Part shown: one piece after another, positions 53,431-64,000 of the stretch | Position numbering within the stretch: position 1 is the stretch's first letter | Layout: each line of letters starts with the position of its first letter | Assembly (NCBI GenBank): GCA_000320545.1 | Contig: ADNK01001015.1 | Location: 1 to 64,000 of the forward strand | DNA from: Bigelowiella natans CCMP2755 | Lineage: Eukaryota > Protista > Cercozoa | Direction of reading: 5' to 3' | DNA length: 64,000 nucleotides | Notes under the pieces: generated by a model | The model's database searches: none | What the model was told of the DNA's origin: nothing | Seen by the model: only the letters and a program-made list of their open reading frames with translations | Translations under genes and position numbers: made by a program

Positions 53431-54358
53431 CATAAGGAGATTTCCGACTGCTACTACTACTACTTCTCTGTGCGTTGCTGAATTGCACCAGGATACGCAG
53501 CCATTGTGTACGTGTAGACGTGTAGGTCTGGTAGTACCGGTAGTCCAGTGCTTAGAACAGGTAAGTAGCCGGTAGAGACTCGCCCGAAACCCGGAGATCC
53601 ATTGGAGATTTTAGGTTTGAATCTTCCTAATCTCCTAAAACTCCTAAAACAACCGGCATTCGAACACATTTAAGCGAAAAATAAAATTTTAAGGTACATA
53701 CATGTGCTTGGATATCGCACTTCCAAACCCTAGTTAAACCTAGTTCTCGCAGAATTCGCAAGTTCCTTTTTGGCGACGGGGGTGCCGAAAAAGAAAACAT
53801 AGAGAGACAGCGAGATCGTAAATTCTTGAAATATTACGGCTTAAACCTTTGTCGTTACACATAATTCTAGAAGATTTATGAAATTATTGGCATGCAAATC
53901 CTTCCTACTACATTGGGAGAGAGAGATGAGAAAGAGTTGCTCACATCGCAGAATCGGGAAGCTTTGAGACACAGGCAGGATGTAGCGAAAACTTTCCCTG
54001 CGACAATCGTTTCGGTCCCAGTTTTCGAGAAAATGGGAAAGCGTCTTCTCGGGTTCCGGTCGCCTTTCGGCTACGACTAATCGTGAAAGTTGATCAGAGT
54101 CACATTCTTTCACATCCCCCTCCTACCAGCTGCGTTCGGGCAAGTTTCTACTACCTCCTTCCTACGAGAAATCGAGGTTAGGTCCACGAAAGTTGAGAGC
54201 TCGGAAGGACAAGAAGAACCAACCCTTCGATCGACGACCAATAAGTGACACTCGGACATTACGCTGTAACTGGACCCCTTCTCTTCATGCTATCCTATCA
54301 CTCTCACATCCAGAGTAATCAGCGGCACCAAATTGCAACCACTATCTCAAACAATAGG

Positions 54359-54715
54359 ATGGACAATCAGGAAGATCTCTACGGTACAGTTTTTCGACGA
54401 GGATAGAGAGAAACGAGAATATAGAATGATTACTTCCATTTTTTTTTAATACAGTCAAAGGATTCTCGAGGAAAGATCGTAATTTGAATCAGTATCCATC
54501 AACAAAGGGACAGCATAATTTCTGCTACGGATCTGATTTTCAAAGGCTGCAAAGTATGAGCAAGAGTAGAAAGTCCTGTAGGATATCTCCCGGAGTAGTA
54601 GTCTCCCTTCCAAGCAACTTACCCGAACGCTCCATCTCAGCCCCTCCCACGGAACTCATCCATGCGTTGAAAGTGAGTAATTGCTTCTCAATTTTCAGAT
54701 TCATCTTCCAATGTA

Positions 54716-54763
<48 letters not shown>

Positions 54764-57477
54764 CATCCCTCGCGCGCTTGCGCTTATCAGCCTTCATTAG
54801 CTGAGACTCAAGGGAATTCGGCGAAGGGGGGGGTTATCAACCTCTCAAGACAATTTCAAGGACTTGCACTAACTCCATCGAGCACACCTATAAACAGTGA
54901 AATCTACAGGTAGTAGTCTATATGTTGATGATATCATCTTTCAAGGGTGGTCTAAGAAAATGATTAGATGATGCACGTAAACAAAAGCAATTTTGGTTTC
55001 AACTTTACTGTTCTTACTCACTGTTATTGATACTCTTCACTACACACTGAACTTCTCACCGCCATTCTACACCACAGCAGCAGCGGATCGCCTTCTCCGA
55101 TCACTCGTTTGACAGCTCCTGTCGCAGAACGAATGGTAAAGTTGGAAATCGGAAGCAACTCTAGGCCACAGCCTTTTTGCAGCTCGGCGGGGAAGTTAGA
55201 GCGATCCTCATCTTTTAGTAAAGTCAATGACAGATGCCAAAATAGTGATGCTATTTCTCAGCATTCTCCCCTTTTAAAGCAAATGAGACGTTCATTTGAA
55301 GAAGCAGCTTCCGATTCTACTTTCTCTCAAGGAAGCATATTCGACATGAAACAGCAGCAGCAGCAGCAGCAGCAGCAATACCAGAAATGGCCATCGCCTC
55401 GTATTGGCTCTGGACGCGATTGTTCAAGCCTATTTCGTGTAACGAGCAATCATGCTTTGGAGAGTAAGCGGCATTCTCGAAGCTCATTTTTCCGCTCCGA
55501 GAATGAGCAAAACGAAACCTTCTCGAACCGTCAATCTCACTCGCACGGGGATGCATCTTCCTTCAACATTGAAACTTCGAGTAGAGCTTCATTCAATCTA
55601 AATCGGTTCGGAAGTTCTGGAACTACTACCAGTCTTTCACCTTCCTACGGGATGATGACGATGAGAAGAACCAATATGAAGTCTGCATCGCCGGTCACTT
55701 CTATGTCGTATTCTCATCATCAACAGTCTCCTCCTCCTCTCCAGTACCAACATGACCAACAGCACGCCCTCAACGAAGCAGCTCATATGAGGGAAGGAAC
55801 AAATCAAGGAGGTGTGCTACTATCACTCACACATACATACGCAATCGCAAACATAATTTCAACATGTGCGTGTATATATGCTTCAAAATAATATACATAT
55901 GTGAATATAATATAAATATTTGTGATGTGTGTGTTTATGAGTGTTTGTTTGTGATTATAAGAAGCTGTTGATGTAGATTCTACCCGTCTCATCCCTTTTC
56001 AGAGAATACCAACTATCGTGTCTACACCAAACGCAAAGAGAAGGCCGAAAGATATAGAGGCGGGCAATTTGGCGATGGTGGTGAGGGCAGAAGGAATGGC
56101 AGTAGTCGAGGTTACAAGATGAGGAGGAGAAAACAAAAAAATGGTAAAAAGTCCGATAGAAGCCATCATCGCCTACATGATGACCACAAGTCGTCATCAT
56201 GTAGTAACCGCCACCGCAACCGCCACCGCAAGCAGCAGCAGCAGCAGCAGCGTGACCATCATCATCACAGCGGTGGCAGTCCTAAGGGCGGGGGTAGAAG
56301 CTGCTCAGGTGGAAGAAGCAGAAGAGGAGGAGGTGGTATGGTAGAAATCAGCACAATTGGAAAAATAGTAAGCAAATGCATGCATGTAAGATGGGTAGAA
56401 GAGTTCGGGACCGCGAAGACAGCTCACGTGACTCTAGAGGATGTTGTTAATAGACCTCAGATGTTGGTGGATCTCGCAATGGATCAGTATGGCTCTAGGC
56501 TTATTCAGCAAAAACTTGAAAAGGCTCCTGCCTCTCACAAGGAAGTAGTATTCCAGCAAGTAGTGTCGTCGTCTCGTAATTTCTTTGACCTCTGTACCGA
56601 TGTTTTTGGTAATTACGTGATCCAGAAGTTATTTGAACACGGCACCCAGCAGCATAAGTACCAACTGGCTCAAAGGCTCAAGGGGCACATCCTAGATTTA
56701 TCGCTTCATACGTACGGCTGTCGTGTCATTCAAAAGGCTATTGACGTCCTCAACAACGCCGACAACCACCAAAAGGCTAAACTTGTGGAAGAGCTACACG
56801 GACATGTGATGAAGTGCGTGCAAGATCAAAACGGCAATCACGTGATCCAGAAGTGTATCGAGAAGGTACCGCCCTCCAACATACAGTTCGTAGTCGAGGC
56901 TGTTCAAAAAGACATCATGAGCCTAGCAATGCATCCTTACGGTTGTCGAGTAATACAGCGCCTTCTGGAATATTGCTCCACGAAGCAAAACCACGCCATC
57001 TTATCTGAAATCCTCCAAAGTATTCAGATGCTTGCGAAAAATCAGTACGGGAACTACGTCGTGCAACATGTTCTCATTCACGCCAATGCAAAGCATCGAG
57101 CCACTGTGATCAAGTCTTTGAAGGGGAATCTTGTGGAGCTCTCCAAGCACAAGTTTTCGTCCAACGTAATGGAAAAGTGCGTGACTCACGCAGGACGGGA
57201 GGAAAGAAAGGATCTTATGATTGAAATGTTGGGAGATGGGGAGGAGCTCAATAGCGCTTGTGTGCCGCTAATGGCGATGGCAAAGGATCAGTATGCGAAT
57301 TATGTAGTGCAGAAGTTGATTGAGGCTCTTGATTCCGAGCAAAGGCAATACTTCATCCAGAGAATCCAAATTCATCTACCCCACCTCTCCAAGCTTCCAT
57401 ATGGCAAGCATATCATCGCAACGATAGAAACGGTGATGGTAAAAAGGGTGGCGCAAAATGCAACCTTTTGTGGATGA
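54359..57477 (+). CDS. PUM: Classical Pumilio (PUF) RNA-binding protein with 8 repeats
   Basis: Repeats DQYGSRLIQ, DVFGNYVIQ, HTYGCRVIQ, DQNGNHVIQ, HPYGCRVIQ, NQYGNYVVQ, HKFSSNVME, DQYANYVVQ and a YGKHI cap; S/Q-rich N-terminal exons splice in phase from ATG 54359. Confidence 0.97.
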
Positions 57478-57534
57478 CTGACAACACGAGCAATACCCAT
57501 ATTCTTTTACTTTCTTTTCATTTCTTCGCGAGGA

Positions 57535-57783
57535 TGTAAATATTCTGCTCTTTGTTCTCCAACTTTCTCATCATTGTGAGATTAATCTTTCTTCCTCCTC
57601 CTCCTCGTCTCCCCTTTCTACTTCTCGATAGCTTTATGGCATAGGATCATCTTGTTGCATCATCTCATCATTTTATCACTTACTACAAATGCTGCTACAT
57701 GTAGATAGCCCAGTAACAAATAAATAGTAGTTTTGATTTGTCTTGAAGAGGTACACGGCACACATATTTATAGCATGTATATA
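57535..57783 (+). promoter_or_regulatory. Three Pumilio-binding elements (TGTANATA) in the presumed Pumilio 3' UTR
   Basis: TGTAAATA 57535-57542, TGTAGATA 57700-57707, TGTATATA 57776-57783. Confidence 0.7.
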
Positions 57784-58479
57784 TTAGTTTCAAAAGTAGA
57801 AGGAGCACTCAGTATTCACGTACTTAATTAAGGGAGCTATTTTTTGCTTCTTCCTCCTTTCTTACCATTTTTTTTCAAAACCAAATCGCGCGGGAAACCC
57901 ATGTCAAAGTAACACCTGGAGGACTTGTATAAATGTGTTCTACTACATTCTTCCATGAGGGGTTGGACTGTACGAAAGAAAAAATATCTCCTCTCTCTCT
58001 CTCTCTCCTCTCCCTCTCTGCATACACTGGCACTGAAGAATTGATTAGATTTCCCTGGACTTCGTCCTGTACAAAACCTCTTTTCCCCTTTGTCTGGTGT
58101 CGCACAACAATGGCCACTTTTCAAATATTTAAAACCATTCCGTTATTATTTCACCATTATCTAGTTCTGCAGGCACGTAAATAATATTCCCGTTCTGAGT
58201 GGTAGCATAAAAAGAATGTATATGTTGCTGTTTTTCAGATGATCATAAAGATGTGTATTTTCATAGCTATAACACAAGCAATTCTGTCTTGGACTTCGCC
58301 TTTATTTACTACACGAACGCGTTGTTGTTTCATTTTACGAAAGAGCGATTATTGTAATCAATTATGAGAACAAAATCGGCATTGTCATGTCGGACATGTC
58401 AATCAGCAGTCGCTAAACAGCCCTCAGAACATCTCCTTCCCTGACATTGTCATTTCGACAAAAGCGATTTAACTGTTCT

Positions 58480-59160
58480 GCGATTAACTTCGGTTGCACC
58501 GCAATAGCGTCGTAACATCGCATTGTTAGCTTTGCAAGTGCATCATCATACAGCATCGTATTATGACATGGAATAAACAATGATCAACGCGAGCATCACA
58601 CCTTCAGAGATTCGCCGCAGCATGTCTAGATGTGTGGCGCCAGTGATCTGCATGTCTAGATATGGCTGTCGCGTACGTTACTTGTGCTACGATGTCTAGA
58701 TGTGGCGATTGCTCATTGACTAGATGAGCTTAACATCACAACACTGCACAGCACACAGCATGTACTCTTCTAGTCGTCTTGTCGCTAGTCGTAGTTAGCG
58801 CATAGCTAGGCGGAGTACAACAAAAGAGGCATGATCGCTTGCTATTCATTCATCATTGGAGAATGTAAGACTACGGGAAGACAGGCTAGCAGGTGGCTAT
58901 AGAGTGGACTAAAAAGGGGAAGATCTATTGAAGAGAATGTAATTGAGTTTGCGCTGCGATCGATTTTGCAAGTGCTTTGCTTCGTATGCTAACGTTATGT
59001 GCTTGACATAGAGTGACGGTGCATGAGTCGGGGAAGCCAAGAAAACTGCGTTAAGCTAGTACGTACGCTGCGAAGCTAGCGATGATTTCAACAAATATGG
59101 ATGTCGTGCTTCGCATGATCTATGCGATCGCTCTAATTCTAAATTTATCAATTGAAGCAA
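58480..59160. repeat. CTAG/CATG-rich intergenic island 7 (convergent gap) with three ATGTCTAGAT copies
   Basis: atgtctagat at 58622, 58652 and 58692; many gctag and gcatg words. Confidence 0.65.
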
Positions 59161-59374
59161 TTTAGATATGTGAACGGCGTACTCTCAAATGAATATTAAG
59201 TATTAATAGTTCATGTTGCATAGTCGTTCTTTACACTATTCAAGTACGTTTACTAAGTGTGTATATCATTCTACATTAACATGTGCTCAAGATTCTCGAA
59301 GTATTTCAACTCGCAATGCCCATTAGCATTAGCAATCTGAGCCCTGTCATCAAATTTCAGTTCAACTTTTTAAA

Positions 59375-61210
59375 TTAATCTACGCTGTCTTGTCCGCTGT
59401 TTTTCCTCAACAGATTCTTATTTTGTGGGGTTTCGTCATATGCAACAGCTTTCCTTTCTGCCGATAGCTGTCCAGCAGGCGTTACAATGTCGCCCGATGA
59501 GTCCCATGAAATCTTCCGGATAATATCCGTCCTTCCCTCTTGTTCGGGAGAGTAAACATCCCAGGCATTCATTTTATTTTGATTCTTGTCTAAGAAATCT
59601 CGTGATGAAGATGAATTCCCACTAATGTTCCTATTTGGAGGTAGGAAATCTCTAAAACCAGGAACGACGTGTGAGGGGTTGTTCTCCGCCGTCTCATTCA
59701 TTAAGTTGGTAATAGTGTTATCTGGGTCATCTTGGTGTTCAGGAACTGAATAATTTTCATACACAGTTTCAGATGCTTCACGAATCCTCCTTTATCACCA
59801 ATAGGAAACAAATTAGAAATGAAAGTTTACCGGTGCAGAGAGTTGAAGTCCGAGAACTTGCTTTCAAAAAATTAGACGAGCCTTGAAGGCAAGGCGGTGT
59901 CTGGCAAACCCCACCAAAGTAGTGAATTAGCCAAAATCACATTCATACGCGTACAGTTTGATCGGGCATACTACCTTTGGCTTTACATACTTGAACTCTT
60001 TCGACGAACGTCCTCGACGCAGCGGAAGACATACCGTTTGTGCAGAATTGTCATTCTTCCCTTCCTTGCTCGGATGATTTCCAATCGGATTTGGAATTTG
60101 GGCAGGATCAAAATTCTGGAATGGTGAAAAACACTATCTCATGGCAAGGCTCACCTTTAGCCTTTTCTATTTTTTTTTTAGTGGGTTTGATGTGAAAAGT
60201 TACTCTTCCTCGTCGTCCGCTGGAACTTCGGTATTTCTGGTCAAAGCTCCTCCTTAATGAGTTATTAATATAAACCAATGAAAACACAAAATCGCTAGAT
60301 GATACCTTACCTGTGTCTACGAAGTTTTCCCGGCTCTAGACCAAAAAAGTTATGCAACGAACCCGAATCTAGAATCTAAAATCGACAAACGCACTGTGAT
60401 TCTACTTTCAAGTTCATCTTCGTTATATACGGGAAATTAGTATGTCGATCGACATGTTTCGTGTAATTTATCTGTACGGTCAATAATTGTAGATTGTTTT
60501 GTTAAATGCGTTCGTTCTAAGAGTGACATTAGGGTCTTGGGTCCACTCTGCGAGGCAAGAATTTAAGCTGTTTATCCTATCCTATTAACACAAGGATTAT
60601 CCCAGAACTCAGATTCAAAGATCTCTAAACAAGCACATATCTACCTGGATGAAAGTTTTCCTGTTCAATACAATGGTCTGTTTTGGCGGAAATCTAACTT
60701 TCCAAGAAAGATTCGGAAAGCTATTCGAGATCTGTTTGTTAGGGAATATGTTTAAAATATGTATCTCCTCTTCATACTTATAATGGTAATATCATTCGAT
60801 ATAGATAAAAGTGAGTGCATCACTGTCAAAAAGAATAACAACCTGCTTATTGAGGTCATAAAATTGGCTGTAGCGCCTTCGAACCTCAAGAGAGTTTCCA
60901 GCGAAATATACATTTATGCAGTATACAGTGAACGAAGATGTACACCCTTTTGGCTCCTCCATACTGCCCCATATAAACGCTCGGAGAACGTGTCGCCTCA
61001 TTACCGTCATGGACGACGACACGTGACTGCGGCGATCACCATGATGTATTGTTCTGCTGGTCCAAAGAGATCATTCATTCATTCACCCATTCCTGACACG
61101 ACCAAAGTGAAGTAATAATATTCAATTGAGAACTTAGAAGAGCAATCTCGAAGAGGATTTATACCTTTTCTACCTTGTTTATTCCGATATCTTACTTTTT
61201 CCTCCTCCAT
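59375..61210 (-). CDS. PX (phox homology) domain protein; start codon approximate
   Basis: FTVYCINV..EVRRRYSQFYDLNKQ / ISNSFP..RFPPKQ..FIQ / DRINSLNSCL..DPN / ILDSGSLHNFFG, followed by a low-complexity C-terminus. Confidence 0.85.
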
Positions 61211-61560
61211 TTCGCAGTTTTCAATGTGGAGCCAAAGTCACTTTTGTAGCTTAACAGTTACTGTGGAGATGGTTGTTGTAAGGTGTTGCAATGATCATTT
61301 TCATCTGGTAGGAAGGAACAGCATTAAATCATCATCCAATCAGTCATTCATTGATCGCTAGATCATCGTGTAAATAACCTAAAAATAATGCCCCATTATT
61401 ACTTATCTACGGATCAAATATATCTGTCTGGCATCGATTATGATCAGTTGTAGCATAATCTGTAATAATTATTAGGATGTTTTATTGATAAATACTTTGC
61501 GTATATCCTGGTGAGAACAGCGGCCTGTACACCCAATCGCCAGACCGATCGACCGGGTGC

Positions 61561-63313
61561 ATGCGAAAGCGGAGCAAGAAAGGAGGAGGGGGGGGGGGAA
61601 ATCGCAAGGAAGCGAAAGCCGCTGCGCAGTCATCCCACGCCGAGAGGCTTAAAGAGAGGCCGGATAAAGTTGTTTCCAGGGGTGATAAAAGCATCAAGCC
61701 TGCAACAGCAGCCATTGATCCGGAGGTCGGTCATCATTACACTGTGGAAACAGCACTCAAGTTCTGATCATGAACCTTCTGTTGTCGTTTATTTTACGCT
61801 GCCAGGGGGCTGTCGAGAGCATTTCCTTATGGCTCTTCCTTCTAGCGCTCTATGCTTACACAGTCTACCCATCGATATCCGGTGGCGACACCGGAGAGCT
61901 TGTCGTCACTGTAATGGCACAGCGTACCACATTTACAACACGTTTTCTCCGTACTTCGCACCTTCTTTTGCCTATCAACTTTTCCACTCGAAATAAATTC
62001 GATTGAAGATGTTTGAGTGACTGGTGTCGTCGATTTGAATCTCATCATGTGGACACCACCACCACTTGGGTCAGACATCATCCATTCATTCATCTATTCA
62101 TCCATTCATCCATTCACTACTATGGAGTCTGTACACTTCTACTATGGTTAACTCAAAATCATCACTCACTAGGCGTGTAACTGGGGAGTGGCCCATCCTC
62201 CAGGCTATCCTACATATACGATAGTAAACGCTTTGTTTTCAAGGTGGTGTATTAATGTGCGGCATGAGGTGATGGCGGTCGACTCTTCACTGTCATTGTT
62301 ATTGCCCTGTATTCAGGCTTTTTGGATTATTTTCACCATCTACAACCATTGCATACCGTGCTGGATTACTGAGGTAAACTACTACATCCGTGAAGGCGAT
62401 TTTGTGTCTGGCAAATATGTGATTTGGTGCATTATTGTCATAATATCAGCTGCATTTGGGGATCGCTCGCTTGTATGTTTCTTTACAAGTCCACTGTTCG
62501 TATGACCGGAGACAAGCTATCTGGCCTATTTGCGGCCATAGGTAACAAATACGGAAATGTAAATCTACAAATATCACCAGAATGCTAATGATGATTGCGC
62601 TGATTTGAATAATATCCTGTTCCTGCTCTGTTTAATCAAGTCAATATTTGTAATGGAGAAGAAAATACACAGTGGTTCCGATCAACTGCTGACATTAAAG
62701 ATAATATGGGGATAGGTTTTGGATTGTCACCCACCGTATGGCTTTACTCTATTCAAGGAGAGGTCAAAAGCGCCGTTTCCGCCTCCTTCCTCAAATTTGA
62801 ATTGGCGCTGCCTTCGATGCTAGAATTGTTGTTGGTGATGATAACGTCCGTTTGGCTTGCTTCTTTTGGCCTGCCCTTCTATATCGCGTTGTTGTCAATA
62901 TTTTGGTGGAGAGATGATGACATGAGACAATGATGTTGTCAGGTGTTTGCTTTGAACAACCTCTTTGTGTCCTTAATCATCTACCTCTCGGTGCTATTCT
63001 TTGAAGCTTCATCGAATCATCGTTATGGCAGTAGCAGAAAGGGGACTAACCAGAAGGTTTTGTTTCCAGACCTGCTAGAATTAGTTGGACTTCATTCACT
63101 TACAAGCACCATCAATGATGATGATGATGATGATGACGATGATGGAGAAGCTGATCAGGACAAACAACAAAACGACGGAGCAACAACGGAAGGGGGAAAT
63201 ACGCAACGAACTAGATGTGACAGCATGAATAAACAACCCACCGTGCAGACCATTGCGTGTTGGGGGGCATTTGTTTGTGGATTAGCACTTACAAACCAGG
63301 TATGCACGAGCAT

Positions 63314-63357
<44 letters not shown>

Positions 63358-64000
63358 TTTCTTACTTCTTCTTTTTATTTTCTACTTCTTCATCTTTAAA
63401 TTATCGCGACATTGGCACCTCTCCTCCTCCTCCTCCTCCTCCTCTTCTTCTTCTTCTTCTTCATTAGCACACGACGGTATTCCCAGTCGGGTGCACGGCC
63501 TTGGCAGTAGTTGCAACTTTGTACTGGCTAGGGTTATTGGCTCATTCATACCTTATCATCTTCATGGGATTGTTCGGCCTACTCGGTCCTACTTTAATTC
63601 ATCCTCCTCCTTCTCCTCCTCCTCCTCCTCCTCCTTTTCCTTCTCCTTCTCCTTCGTTATCATCATGCCCTCCTCCTTCACTATGAGTCAAGCATATGAC
63701 AGTTTCTTACCGCTTTGATAGGATTAAGTCCCTATATCTACCTCCCTCTCTCTGCCAGCACTATGGCTTTAGATACGTGGGGAGATCAGGTTGCATACAG
63801 CTGCTAGCACTAATCTACAACTTCTTCGATAAACAGCTACACAGCATTCAATACAACAAAGTCTTGTTTCAGTGCTTCATCATCATCATCATCATCATCG
63901 TCGTCGTCGTCACTACCGCACCGAAGAACTACTGCCCTAATGTGCTGCTACTCATTAACTGACAGAGGGACTTAGATGGTTTCTTAACGCACTTCTTACG
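61561..64000 (+). CDS. TMEM260: TMEM260/DUF2723 multi-pass protein (protein O-mannosyltransferase family); 3' end outside the window
   Basis: YTVYPSISGGDTGELV / GVAHPPGYPTY / FGLSPTVWLYSIQGE-VFALNNLF / GAFVCGLALTNQ. Confidence 0.92.

Noticed and set aside
53725-53733. Telo-box-like AAACCCTAG upstream of Pumilio
   Set aside because: Single short match that also occurs in an intron (49401); not shared by the other divergent gaps.
58621-58710. CRISPR-like spaced repeats
   Set aside because: The repeat is only about 10 bp with irregular spacing, the context is eukaryotic and no cas genes are present.

Overview
Eukaryotic nuclear DNA in the standard code, with intron-dense genes and abundant microsatellites. 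The host is probably a protist or alga; a chlorarachniophyte-like rhizarian is a guess only. Hand-splicing at GT-AG sites gave 14 loci: GH31/MYORG-like glycosidase (+, 5' partial), unknown single-pass membrane protein (-), RBM22 (+), bacterial-type TrhO rhodanese (-), ASPM (-), unknown leader-bearing protein (+), Pho88/SND3 (-), Mpv17/PMP22 (+), RBR E3 ligase (-), JmjC/cupin-8 protein (+), a broken peptidase S51 gene (-), Pumilio (+), PX-domain protein (-) and TMEM260/DUF2723 (+, 3' partial). The strongest unexplained signal is architectural. Gene orientation alternates at 12 of 13 junctions. Every gap downstream of gene 3' ends holds an island rich in GCTAGC/AGCT/GCATGC/TGCA, while head-to-head gaps hold none. 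The island words fit two-strand C-to-T mutation at CpG and at the second C of CpC, and three islands share a ~65-bp dispersed element showing CpG decay. No tRNA, rRNA, snRNA, CRISPR or intact transposase was recognised. Exon boundaries are manual and approximate; no database searches or counts were run.
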